Source: Cirrosporium novae-zelandiae (Eukaryota). From it: a stretch of DNA of 64,000 nucleotides. The position numbers and the translations under genes were made by a program. The notes under the pieces were generated by a model. That model saw only the letters and a list, made by a program, of their open reading frames with translations. It ran no database searches and was not told the DNA's origin. This document shows positions 13,749-25,900 of this stretch, one piece after another; position 1 is the stretch's first letter, and the number at the start of each line of letters is the position of its first letter. The stretch is from the NCBI GenBank assembly GCA_026023565.1, contig JAPETS010000004.1, positions 124,001 to 188,000 of the forward strand, written 5' to 3'.

Positions 13749-14662
13749 GTTGGCTCGTGTTTGTGGTCATTCACCAAACGGGTTGGAAAAGAAGGAAGGA
13801 AGCTCTTGATTTCGGGAAGGGAAGAAGGGAAATTAAATTAGTGAGTAAAGAGGTGAAGAGCTCCGGATTTGAAGGACTGAATAGATGTTGGTTTGGATGA
13901 ACGATGGGGATGGGATAAGGAGTGAAAGAGCAGTAAATTAAGCTACCTTCCACGGTTCCTCTTACCTTAGCTGAGCTTCTACTATTACTGACTACCGTAC
14001 GTACCGTACACTACACAGCAGAGGAAAGGACAACCTATCCATGTCAACCATTACGGCTAGACCCGTTTACCCTACAAACTTTCCAAGCCTTACAAACCCT
14101 ACCATGATAAAAAGCCCTATGAAAAAATCTCCTCCTCTTCTTCTTCTCTTCTTTTCTTTTCTTCTTTATGAACAACGCAAAACTCACATTTCACATAAAA
14201 GCATTCCTGCGAGGTCAATTATCGCCTATGAAACAAGGAAATCGTCAAGTGGAATGGAGAAAAATATTACGTCTATTGATCTTGGGTGAAGCGTCTTCCT
14301 GTCCTATTCTGAATGGGGCTGTGGAAGAGGTTTCAATGATCGATGGAACATCTTCTCAACATAAATCTCCTGTAGTGATTATCGTATATACTCTATCCGA
14401 GTCATCACCCTGCTTTGCGCTCCATTCTGTTTCCCACGTAAATGCTGAGATGATATTGACAACATCTACATAATACATATCAGCCTAGCAAGGCTGTCTT
14501 CCGAGTTTTTGCAGCACCCAAGCCATTATTAGAACTATCCTAAACTGATACAAATACAACATTGCAAGACCTCCCAAAATGCACTGGTCTGCCTCTCAAT
14601 GAATGCGTGCCTCAATAATACATAATCCTACTTTTAAGGGTAACGCCCGTAATCATGAAATA

Positions 14663-15856
14663 CTACATATATGGTCGGCCAACCACACCGGGCAATGCTA
14701 ACCGTCGCCCAACGTTACCAAAGCAAACAGCAGCGCAAAACAGCACACTGGAAATCCAAATCCAGACTGATAATTGTTCGACGGTTATTAAGCTGCCTGA
14801 AGGGGAGCCGGTATAAGAGGTGTTTCCTTCCGAAAGGTGAGAAGAAAATTGAGCAGGTGGGGGTACCAGGGCTGGATTAATTCCGAGCAGGATAGCGGTT
14901 CCGACAATTCCAAAAATTGTGGAGATGAAAAATCCAGGTTGAGATCTATCAATAATGTACCAAATAACCGGGTCGACAGCGAATATTGTCAACGTAGCCT
15001 GTATCGTAGATTCCCACGGTAGTTTTCGCTAGAGTCAATTAGATAAGAAAAAAATGTCAAGGGGCTTAATGGGTAGAACAGTACTTACAATAGCAAAGGA
15101 TACGCCGACAAAGACGCCTATCCCACGGACTGCACGACCCCATTCCGCACCAGTATCACCAAAAGGCCAATTCTGTTCTTCCTCTTCTTCTATTCCACTG
15201 CTTGAGCCGACTTGGGTCGTCTCGAATCTGGTGCGCTTTATAGGGGGTTTCTTCTCGTCCGCACCAAGCATACCTGCCCAAAGAATATCAATCATAGGAA
15301 GCAAATGGCCCAATCCAACACCTGCAGAGCCCCAAAGCACCAGATATGGCCATGAATTGCGATTGATCCCCCCGACTTTGACTGGGACTATATTGCGTTC
15401 ATCTTGTAGATGCGTAATAATAACACCGTAGACTACACCCAATGCAGACAGCACTATCGAGCGCAATAATAAAGGCACTAAATGTTTTCGAATATTGCGG
15501 CGCTGGCTCTGCGGACGTTTTAATCGGGGCCTCTCTGTCTTTCCACTGGATAACCTTCTCCTTATTTCATCGACGCTGTGTTGCTCGATAGGAGTTTGGG
15601 ACCCTGTTCCCCATGGTGTGGATGCCTCTACTGACTGCGGATCAAAGGCTGTAGGAGAGTATATTCCGGATAAGGTGGAAGAAGTGAGGTTGAGGATAGA
15701 TTTGGTTCGTGTACTTTCATCAAAGGATCGCACGTCAGGTTCTGTAGTGTCTATTACCGGGGTCGAAGAGTCGAGTTTAGGTGAAGTCTGGTAAGGGCGT
15801 CGAGGGATAGGATGAATTAATGGTAATTGATCTCTTATGGGCGAGTTGGAAGTCAT
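14663..15856 (-). CDS. INSIG/Nsg-family ER membrane protein (~377 aa); intron 15029-15088
   Basis: YGVIITHLQD, WG..GVGLG.LLP..D, VRGIGVFVGVSFAI|RKLPWES..Q...T...VDPVIWYIIDRS..GF, and C-terminal SVLFCAAVCFGNVGRRL typical of fungal INSIG proteins. Confidence 0.85.
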
Positions 15857-16358
15857 TTCAGCTATTGTTTATTGTTGCGTTGAAATTGTTGAGAAAAAAT
15901 AAAATCAAGCTGAGCACGGAATTATGATCAACTGAGTAGTACGATGAGGGGAGAGATGAAAGGATTCGCATGTGATTTTCCTCCGGAGCTTTTTAAAGAA
16001 TTTTTTGAACTTTCCTGACGGATGTACCTGGCAACTTCCTTCCATTCCACGCTTCAAGACAAGTCAAGGCACACACATTCTACAACTTTCATATAGATAT
16101 ATATTCAATGTAAATTAATATATTCATTCGCTTTATATCTCTGTTGGTGTTTCCACATAATCCCAGAGATCCATCCATTGAAAATACTTTTTGGTTTTTG
16201 CTATTGCGACTGAAAAAGATAAAGGGAACAATACTCTGAATTCTGAAGTAGATTTTCCCCCTGTTCCTAGAAGCCTGTTGCTTTTTTGTTATACGTCAAT
16301 GGTATCTAATAACGAAACCCTGTCCTTATGCAAAACTCCGTTTTATATTCCCATTCTA

Positions 16359-18143
16359 TCACCTCTTTATCCTGGGCACCTCAAATACTACGGCTCCATT
16401 CTTTCCATCCTTCATGGTTTTCCATCTCCCTAATCGGTGCTCCTTCCCCGTAGCTGCGACAATGCAAATACCATCTTTACCGCGTTCGCCGCGTTCGAAG
16501 ATAGAGATATCGTTGATGATGCCCCGAACATGTGGCTTTTCTTCTGCGTGACCCACAGTTTCCTGAACATCTGAATGTGGACTTGTAGAGCCAACATAGC
16601 CAATTGCTCCTAAAGGCTCCAATATTTTGCGCACACCCTTTTTGCCTTGGATTTCCGCGTCAATCACCTTCCATGCTCTTAGCCACCCATCCCAACTTCC
16701 ACTGATGACTAAGTCGGTTCCAGGGATCGCTGCTAACGCCGTAATCCACCTTGCCTGAGGCGGTGGGATATAAACATCCTTCTCCTCAGCGTTCTTCTCG
16801 GCGGACATTTCAGAGGCTGAAGGAGGGGGCTCGAGACCATGTGCGTAAGGAAGAACTGAAACGGGCTTCTTACGGGCGGTGCTCCAGAGGGAAAGGGTGC
16901 CAGCGCTGGAACCAGTTACAAATAAAGTGGGAGTTAGGAGGGCAAGGACATCAAGAGACTGTTCTGGAGGAGGGAGATCCTTTTCCTTGTAGGCATGTTT
17001 GCTAGCAAGCGAGGATATGGTATTTGAACCTCCGTTAAACACAAGCTGTGATTCCTCCACGATTTTCCAGAGGCGGGCGCTCCGATCTCGTGCCCCTACA
17101 CTAACACACTGGTTAAGGTGTAAGGCTTTAACTTGGACCACCTCATCTTGGTGTCCAAAAAGCGTTTCTCCTGTATAGGCGAGCTCATCACAGCTCCAGA
17201 CTTTGAGTGTACGGTCGCGGGAGGCAGAAAAGAGCTGGTTAGAGTTGAGACGGAAGGTAAGGGATAGAATCGCGTCTCGATGCTGTGCCTTGAAACCATT
17301 GAAAACCTTAAGAGGTGTAAGAGTTTCGGCATCCCAGATGATTACACGCTTATCTAGACCACCTGTTGCGACATATTTATTTGTGGAGGAGGCAGCAACG
17401 CATAAAATTGCCCGAGTATGGTTTTGGTAGTTTTCGGAGGTCTCGTGCGGATTTCCATGAACAGATAAGAGCTTCTTAGGCCGGGTACGACGAGGAGACT
17501 TCTTGCCATGCGTTTTCGTAGGTGGAGGAGGCGGGGGTGCGAGTTGCCATTTTATGAGGGTCATGTCTTTGGAAACAGTGTAGGCGTAAGGCGAACAAGT
17601 GGCTACTCCAGTAGTAGTTTGGGTATCGAGACGGAAGAAGGTGTGTGAGGCGGAAGAAAAATCGAGATCTGAAGCTATAGAACGGTATATCAGACCTCTC
17701 TCTTCGGCCTAAACAGGGAGCGATGGTTAACTTCTATAATTGAAGGACATAGAGATGAAGGCACATACTACATCCTCTTTTAACCGTTCGGCAATGAGGT
17801 CTTTATCTATTTGCTCCGCATCAAAGCCAACTTCATCCACCTCTTGTCGGATATTTTCAAGATATCGCTCTGCAAGCCTTAGACGTCGATCCCCAGCGGT
17901 TTCAGTTTCATCGTCCGAGTCTGATTCCTCCTCCTCCTCAGAACCTTGCTTCATAGGCACATTGGCGTCATCGTCGTCAGAATCACTTCCTGATATCGAA
18001 TCATCTCGGTCTCTTTTTGAGTCCTCTTTCGAAGCTCTAGAAAAACCGTTGGCGGATGGAGCTTTTTTTCTTGATGGACCTGCTGCATCTTCTGCTCGTT
18101 TTCGTTTCTTCTGCGAAGCAGGGACAGTGAAGAATGAGGACAT
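16359..18143 (-). CDS. RRP9: U3 snoRNP WD40 protein Rrp9 (~574 aa); intron 17709-17768
   Basis: MSSFFTVPASQKKRKR, ETAGDRRLRLAERYLENIR, GFDAEQIDKDLIAERLKEDV, WD repeats, C-terminal GKEHRLGRW. Confidence 0.93.
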
Positions 18144-18467
18144 GGTCGAAGCTGTGTATAATTTTAGTACTAAAGTACTGCTTGAGCTTTATAAGTTAGC
18201 TAGAAATCTTTCTTGAACTTTTTGGCGCGTGGGGGAAAATGATTTCTCGAAATCTTGGCATATCGGAATTTCTGTAGTTCCGTCGGCCCGATGATTCTGA
18301 GCTTAATTTCGTAGCTGCGACTGCTGCGGTGCTGTGTAAGGCAGTCAAGGCAATCAAGAGCTCACGCGTATTATTACCACCATCATTGCTTGTCTTCGAT
18401 TGTCGTAGTTTAAGAAACCTTGACCTTCCACTCCAGACATTCAATATCCCAATAGAAACATTGCAAT

Positions 18468-19358
18468 ATGTAAGCATTTTGGATATCTATCTTGGACTTT
18501 GTTTCATCACTAATTATTACTTAGGGAGATTTTACTAGGAATTACGGGCAAAGACTTCACCATCATAGCTGCTTCAAAGGCCGCTATGAGAGGTGCAACT
18601 ATCTTAAAAGCTTCTGATGACAAAACAAGACAACTAAACCAGCATACTCTTATGGCCTACTCTGGAGAAGCTGGGGATACGAGTTAGCTCCAACCTCATA
18701 GCTCACCTTTCATATCTCTTTCTAATGGGTGATGGTTGATAGTTCAATTCGCCGAATTTATCCAAGCGAACGTCCAGCTATATTCAATGAGAAACGATAC
18801 AGATCTATCTCCGGCCGCCGTTGCAAACTTTGTTAGAGGTGAATTAGCAAGGAGTTTACGGTCGAGGAGACCATATCAAGTAAATCTATTACTGGGTGGG
18901 ATGGACCCCATAACCCAGAAACCAAGCCTCTACTTCCTCGATTATCTTGCCGCTCTTGCGCCGGTCCCATATGCGGCACATGGCTATGCACAGTATGTTT
19001 ATATGCTTGGGCTCCGGGGCTAGCGATATGTCTTGCCTAATTGAAGAGGCGATTCTGACAATACATAGATATTACTGCCTTTCGATTCTTGACAAACATC
19101 ATCATCCAGATATTGACCTCGAGAAGGGTCTGAAAATCCTAACTATGTGTACTGACGAGTTGAAGCGAAGAATGCCCATCGATTTCAAAGGGGTGAGCAT
19201 TATTTGAATTCACGACTAATCTCGACACTATTCAATCCCCAATATAATGATACAGTACTAACTTGTATATGCTTTACTAGCTTACGGTGAAGATTGTGAC
19301 CAAAGATGGCATTAAAAATCAAGAATTCGATACCTCGAAGCCAGTGTATCCAGCATAG
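18468..19358 (+). CDS. PRE1: 20S proteasome subunit beta-4 (~203 aa); introns 18470-18524 (splits the ATG), 18683-18742, 18993-19068, 19193-19280
   Basis: Spliced [34 protein letters not shown]...[20 protein letters not shown]...[15 protein letters not shown]...[21 protein letters not shown]. Confidence 0.95.
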
Positions 19359-19800
19359 AAAGGGTTAGATTAGAGCTGGACTGTCGGTGGGAAAGGCGCC
19401 TGTTAGCTATGATCTAACATTGAAGCCTACCTCGGTAGATAGAATCAATGATTTCAAATGAACGGCATCGAAGCTTCTAATGCAATCAGGTCTAGGTCTT
19501 TTAGTATGTGGGTATGAAGGGTGGAAGGGTCCTCACTGACTATTTGCATTTATTAAATGACACTGAATAAAATTATCCAATTGTGTAAATTTAGTGTATA
19601 AAACGGCCTATGATGATAGAATACTTAATGATGTACTTTGTACGGTGTAATGCTTATTTATGCAACCAAAAAGACCATTTCTCTGATGTTTGTTCTGTTT
19701 GTAACTTGGTGCTCCATCTTCAGTGTCTCCAAAAACCACCCCAAAACGAGCCAACTCTTTCAACCACCACATCTAATTATCAACATAATCTAGTCGTCAA

Positions 19801-21621
19801 ATGTCCGAAATGGGCAAAAGACAAGCCCAGGATGACCTTCAGACCTTGAATCTTGCCGATTATCCTGCCTCCAAAAAAGTGCGCATTGCCATCCAACGAG
19901 TTAAACCGAATGAGAACGCAATCAATAGCCATCATGTCGAGACGATGAATAACGGCCGCAGTTCAGAACATGACAAACCACAAAATAAAGATACATTGGC
20001 CGCCCCTAATAATTTAGAGGGGGAGGTGGTTCAAGATTCATCACGAAATGGGATTTCAAAATCAATCTCGATATCGGCAGTGGGTGAAGAAGAGGATAAT
20101 GAGGACCAAACTTCAGCCTTAACTGCACCAACGCGTCAAAATGCGCCTGTGGAAGGATACTCTGATCTCTACCTTGATACTATTAACAGATCGGTCCTTG
20201 ACTTCGACTTTGAAAAGTTATGCTCGGTAACTCTCTCAAATATTAATGTCTACGCCTGCCTCGTCTGCGGAAAATACTACCAAGGAAGAGGGCCGAAATC
20301 GCATGCATATTTCCATGCACTGGATATCGGTCACCATGTTTTTGTAAACATGGAGACCAAGAAAGCCTACGTACTTCCTGAAGGATATGAAGTGAAGAGC
20401 AAGAGCTTAGATGACATCAAGTTTGTGGTAGATCCACGATTATCTAAAGAGGAGGTTATGAAACTTGATAAAGATGCGAAGGATGCCTGGGACCTTTCTG
20501 GCAAGAGATACAGACCTGGGTTTATCGGCATGAACAACATAAAAGAAAACGACTACTTAAACGTAATTGTTCAAGCTCTCTCCCATGCGTCTCCAATCAG
20601 AAACTTCTTCATGCTTGCGCCCCTTCCTCCCACAGCCGAACTCCCTCTCCGTTTCTCCACCCTCATTCGCAAACTCTGGAATCCACGCGCCTTCAAACCA
20701 CATGTCTCTCCGCACGAGCTCCTCCAAGAAATTGCGATCCGGTCTTCTAAGCGCTTCACGCTCACGCAGCAATCGGACCCCGTGGTGTTCCTCGCCTGGT
20801 TCCTCAACGCCTTGCACCTGTCAATCGGTGGATCAAAATCGAAACCTCACTCCTCAATCGTACAGAAAACGTTCCAAGGTCGTCTCCAAATCGAGTCCCA
20901 AGAACTGGCGGCCCAGCACACGTCAACAAGCACAGGCGGGGATCGTCTCTCCTTTGCCCCCACCTCGGCTGGCCCCTCGATCAGCACACCACACTTCTTA
21001 ATCCTAACGCTAGACCTCCCCCCACCACCTCTCTTCCAAGACGCGCTCGAAAAGAACATAATCCCTCAAATCCCTCTAACGACACTTCTCCAAAAATACA
21101 ACGGCGTGCAACCAACCAGCCACCTCAACACCCTACGACGGCACCGCCTCCTACACCCACTCCCCCCCTACCTCCTCATCCACATCAAGCGCTTCACAGC
21201 CAACAAATTCTTAGAAGCAGAGCGAAATCCCACGATCGTAACCTTCCAGCCCCGCAGCCTGGACATGAGCCCTTTTGTAGCGCCCTCGCCGTCCCACGCC
21301 TCCCCCTCGGACCCAATCCTCTATGACCTCGTCGCCAACGTCGTGCACGAGGCCGTACGCGCCGGAAAGTCCGATGACGCCAGTAGCGCCGCTGCGGGTG
21401 CTAGCTCAGGAGGCGGTGGCGGTGGTAGGGCTGGTGGTGCGGAGAAGAAGGTCTGGAAGGTCCAGGTCAAAGATCGCGCTAGGGGCGATGAATGGTTGGA
21501 GATTCAGGATCTATGGGTTGGGAAGGTCAGGGGTGAAACTCTATTCACGGGTGAGAGCTACCTCCAGGTTTGGGAGCGGAGGAGGACGCCTGTGAAGGGG
21601 AAGGAGAAGAGTAGTAGTTGA
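19801..21621 (+). CDS. SAD1: U4/U6.U5 tri-snRNP protein Sad1/USP39 (ZnF-UBP plus inactive USP domain)
   Basis: LYLDTINRSVLDFDFEKLCSVTLSNINVYACLVCGKYYQGRG; GMNNIKENDY (Asp in place of the catalytic Cys); KLWNPRAFKPHVSPHELLQ. Confidence 0.95.
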   Translation: MSEMGKRQAQDDLQTLNLADYPASKKVRIAIQRVKPNENAINSHHVETMNNGRSSEHDKPQNKDTLAAPNNLEGEVVQDSSRNGISKSISISAVGEEEDNEDQTSALTAPTRQNAPVEGYSDLYLDTINRSVLDFDFEKLCSVTLSNINVYACLVCGKYYQGRGPKSHAYFHALDIGHHVFVNMETKKAYVLPEGYEVKSKSLDDIKFVVDPRLSKEEVMKLDKDAKDAWDLSGKRYRPGFIGMNNIKENDYLNVIVQALSHASPIRNFFMLAPLPPTAELPLRFSTLIRKLWNPRAFKPHVSPHELLQEIAIRSSKRFTLTQQSDPVVFLAWFLNALHLSIGGSKSKPHSSIVQKTFQGRLQIESQELAAQHTSTSTGGDRLSFAPTSAGPSISTPHFLILTLDLPPPPLFQDALEKNIIPQIPLTTLLQKYNGVQPTSHLNTLRRHRLLHPLPPYLLIHIKRFTANKFLEAERNPTIVTFQPRSLDMSPFVAPSPSHASPSDPILYDLVANVVHEAVRAGKSDDASSAAAGASSGGGGGGRAGGAEKKVWKVQVKDRARGDEWLEIQDLWVGKVRGETLFTGESYLQVWERRRTPVKGKEKSSS

Positions 21622-22986
21622 ATAATTAGTTAATAGATAAGAAAGAGACTTTTTTTAAAATTTTTGGCCCAAGGGAGTTAGTTTACCTAGTCGGTTAGCT
21701 AGTTAGGTCGGTCGTCTAGGGTCGAGATAAAAGGGCGTAGGCCTGAAGGCAAAGGGACGGGAAATCCGAATTTATATTTTATTTTCTGTTATATATTCTA
21801 TAGTCTATATATCTTATATCAAATTACCCGTCATAACCCCAACAATCCAATAGAACAGGATTTCTCTCCCCTGATTTAAGAAGTATAGTCCGTTTAATGA
21901 ATTATGATAGATGGCACCATGGTACATGTACCATGGGAATTGGTGAGATGAGGAGATGGTTTTTATAATAGAGTTACATTTAATCTAGGCTTCTTTTTAT
22001 TGATTCCATTTTAGCTAGCATTCATGTATGGTAGATATGTACGTATTTATACAATGCTCATGATATGTTAATGCAAAATTGATCAACTAATCAAACCAAT
22101 TCCCAAAAAGGGGTCAGAACTGCCATCCAAACTGCTTAACCACACTACTCATATACTTCCAAACATCCAACCGATAATTAATAAAAGAGTTAAATGATCT
22201 TAATCCCCCCCCCTATCTCCAATCCTGTATACCCACTCTCCTATCCCTATACCCACTACTCCCATATACTTCCTAACAGTCACTCCAACAATAAAAGGAA
22301 CATATAACATATATCATTCCATCCTCGTTATTTCATTACATTACTTCATTTGTCTGTCACTCTTTCGTCTTTTGCTTCTATTCCGTATATTTGTGTCTCG
22401 GTTGTTGGATTTCTTAAACGCCCCAACCCCCCCCGTTTCATCATGAGATCGTGTTAGTGTTAGTATTTCTTATTCCTATTCTTGCCCGAGGGTGCTCGGG
22501 GCTGTGAAAAGGAAAGAGGAAGAAAAAAAAGAACGTTGATACTTGAGGGCGTTATCGTTGATAGTTCATCCTAAGATCTAAGGTCCAAAATGCAAAAGAA
22601 AAAAAGCACGAAATTTTTCAAGACATGATTATTAGATGAATAAATCGTTTAAGTGGTGAAAGGAAAAATAAAGAGAACGCTGGATTTTCTTTTCCATGAT
22701 ATAATTATATATTGCCCACTAGCTTCTTGAGTTAAGCTAAGCGAACTTGTGGGATCCTTAGGTTTCATTGTCCTACCCCTTGCCCTTTTTTTGGCTGAGG
22801 AATTAAGCTGGATTTTCTGTATGCCTTTATTTTTTTAACCATTGGGTTGCGCCTTTCTTTGTTGTTCTTGCTCGCTTCTTGGATTCCCGGGCTTAAAAGC
22901 CACGTCCCTTGTAGAGGATCCGAAAAAAAGAGAAGAGGGCGAGGCCTCTTAGGTAAATTATCAGGCCTATAGAGGAGTGACCGCAA

Positions 22987-25900
22987 CTAGCGTAGGAACT
23001 CAAGGCCTAGATAGATTGTGATAGTGAGGGAAATAGTATACAACAATAATACATTATACCTACAGTGAGGTATCTTAGCGGCATCGCCTTTCTTGGTGGT
23101 CGCGCTCGCTTTCACGGGCCCTGTTGCCACTCCAGTTGCAGTATTTGTCGTCTTTATTAAAGAAGATGTGATAGTGGTACTTTTGGTACTCTCACCAATG
23201 AGCGGCACTGTGGTCTTTGGAAACCCAATCCCCTTCGGCCCAATCGAAATGGTCTCGCGGTTAATGACTATAGTTATGGGGCTCGCCCCTGGTATTTCTG
23301 TATACGTGTGTCCATTGATAACGACGATGTCACCTGCGCCTTCGTAGACCGTAATGCCGTCAATTGTTTTTGCTGTAAGGGATGGGATTAAGCCAACGAT
23401 TGTTTCTGCGAAGCCAATGCCGTTAGGTCCGAGGGAGATGGTGTGGCCATTTATGACGGTGGTAGTTGGATGAGAGCCTAGGGTTTCCGTGAAGGTTTTC
23501 CCGTCGAGGACGATGCGGTTTCCGGATTCGAGGGTGAATACAATACCGTCGATTGTCGTCACTTTTTCCGTGGACAACGCTGCGGCTGATAAAGTGGTGG
23601 GGGTGGGGGAGATGAGTGCGATGATTGTATCTGCGAGACCAACCCCATGAGGGCCGATGGAAATAACATGTCCATTAATGGTTGTAGTTGTGGGAATGGC
23701 ACCAGGGGTTTCGGTGTAGGTTTTGCCATTAACTACGACCACGTCGCTGGGACCGAGGGAGAATGTGACACCATCAGTAGTAATGGCACTGAAAGTCGGC
23801 TGGGCTGTGGGTAGCTCTATTGTGGTAGACGGTAAACCGATTCCATTTGGTCCTAAGGAAATTGTATCGCCGTTCACGACTACGCTGGTTGGGTGTACGG
23901 GTGAGCCAACAGGAATAATATATGTCTTGCCTCCAACCTCCAAAGTGCTTCCGGCTATGGTTAAGGTCATGCCATTAGCTATGATTGTCTCTGGTCCTCC
24001 TGACCGTGATAGCTCCAATGCCGAAAGTGAAGCGGCAAAAGAAGCTGGAATGAGGATCGGGATTCCATCAATCGTTATGCCACCAGTAGAGGAGATTTGG
24101 ATAGTATGACCCAACATTGCGAGAGTTGTTGGTGTGGTTGCTGAGATGGTCGTTTGGCTTCCCGGGCTGCCTAAAACGATGGTCCCTGAAGGCGTGAGAG
24201 CGTAAGAAAGAGAGTTTACGACCCCATGGTATGGTGGCGCGGAAGAGGTACCGGAAGGCAGAGGCGAAATGATCTGGCCATTAATTTCCACGGCGCCAGA
24301 TGAGGTGACTGTGAAAGTTTGGCCAGATGAAAGACTCGTGGTTAGAGGATCTGAGAGTAGATACGTGGTTCCGTCTATCATGATAGATGTCCCTGAGGGG
24401 GAGAAGGTGTAGGATACTCCAGATGCAGTGCCAGAATATGACCCGGAAGATGTTTTATCATTAATTGATGGGACATATGAGTTCGGAAGTGGCACAGCCT
24501 GTCCACCAATCGTGACACCTCCGGTATTACTGATATCGAGCCTTTGTCCTGTTGACAGTGTTGTTGATAGAGCAACCGAGAGGGAGTACGTCACGCCCTC
24601 CACAGTAATCGAATTCGTCTCTGGGACAAATGTATACGAGACCCCGCTCACGCTCCCTAATGTATAGCTCCCATCACCTGACAATCCTGGAAGTGAAACT
24701 GGCTGGCTTCCAATAGTCACCGCTCCGTTACTGCTAATAGTAAGTAACTGTCCGTTCGACAGTATCGTGGTTGTGGGATTAGAAAGAGAATATTTTGATC
24801 CCTCAATAATGACTGAGTTCGATGAAATGGAATACGATACTCCGTTTACATTCCCAGAGGACTCTAAACTGAACGACCCTGACGTTGAAGGGGCAGGTAG
24901 AGGGACGGATTGATCCCCTATTAAGACCGAGCCGCTGCTTGTGATGGCAAGGCTTTGGCCGTTTGAAAGAGGGACATTCGTTGGTTGGGAGGTAGAATAC
25001 GTTTTTCCATCGACAGTGACGTAGGAAATTCCGTTTGAGTTACCAGTGGAGTACGATATTCCATTGATGTTTCCTGACGAGGAGGTTTGGGCCCCATCCG
25101 AGTTTCCTCCTGAAGTGGTTCCTGAAGTACTGCCGGAATTAGTTGAAGCACCGCTAGCAGGGACAGCAATGAACGTTCCACTAATAGTTATACCTTGAGG
25201 ACTGATAGAGACGGTTCCTCCACTAGATGTAATCACCGTCTGTGAGTTCTCCGTCGAGTAACTCTGCCCATTTATTACAACTGTTCCAGGGCTGACCGAA
25301 TATGAAATCCCATTAATCTGCCCTGACTGTGTCTTTACAGCAGAATTACTTCCAGATTGCCCACCGGTGGAAGAAGAAGAAGAAGAAGAACCCGAATTCG
25401 TCCCTCCACTCAGTCCAGCCATAATAATAGCGCTGATAGCTACTACATCTGGATTTGAATTTGTGGAACTCGAGCTTGAACTTGAAATTTCACCAGAGTT
25501 GCCGGAGCCACCTGAGTTCGACGAACTGGAAGAACTGCTTTGCGGGTTGGAATTCCCCCCTGGGTTGCTGTTCGAACCTCCTACCTTATTATTTGATGAA
25601 CTTCCCGGGTTGTTGTTAGATGAACTACCGGAGTTCCCATTTGATGAGCTGCTACCTGAGTTGCTACCAGATGAACTGGTACTCTTCCCTGCGGTGTTGG
25701 TTTTTTGGGGGGCCGAGGGGGTGTTAACGCTCCCAAAATTGAGAGATGTCTGCATCAGCACTTGGCCGCCTATGTCCACAGTTTGCTTGTGTGTTGCCAG
25801 CGGCACAACCTTTCAAAGTTAGTTCCAGATACACTTAATAAAAAGGAAGAAAAATCATACCGTATACAACGTGCCGAAGGCTGTTCCAACAAGACCGACT

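Noticed and set aside
4678..15856. CYP51 and INSIG as a sterol gene cluster
   Set aside because: Separated by clathrin and flanked by unrelated housekeeping genes; proximity alone is not evidence
20521..20560. Missing catalytic Cys in the USP domain as a sign of pseudogenisation
   Set aside because: Normal for Sad1/USP39, an established pseudo-deubiquitinase
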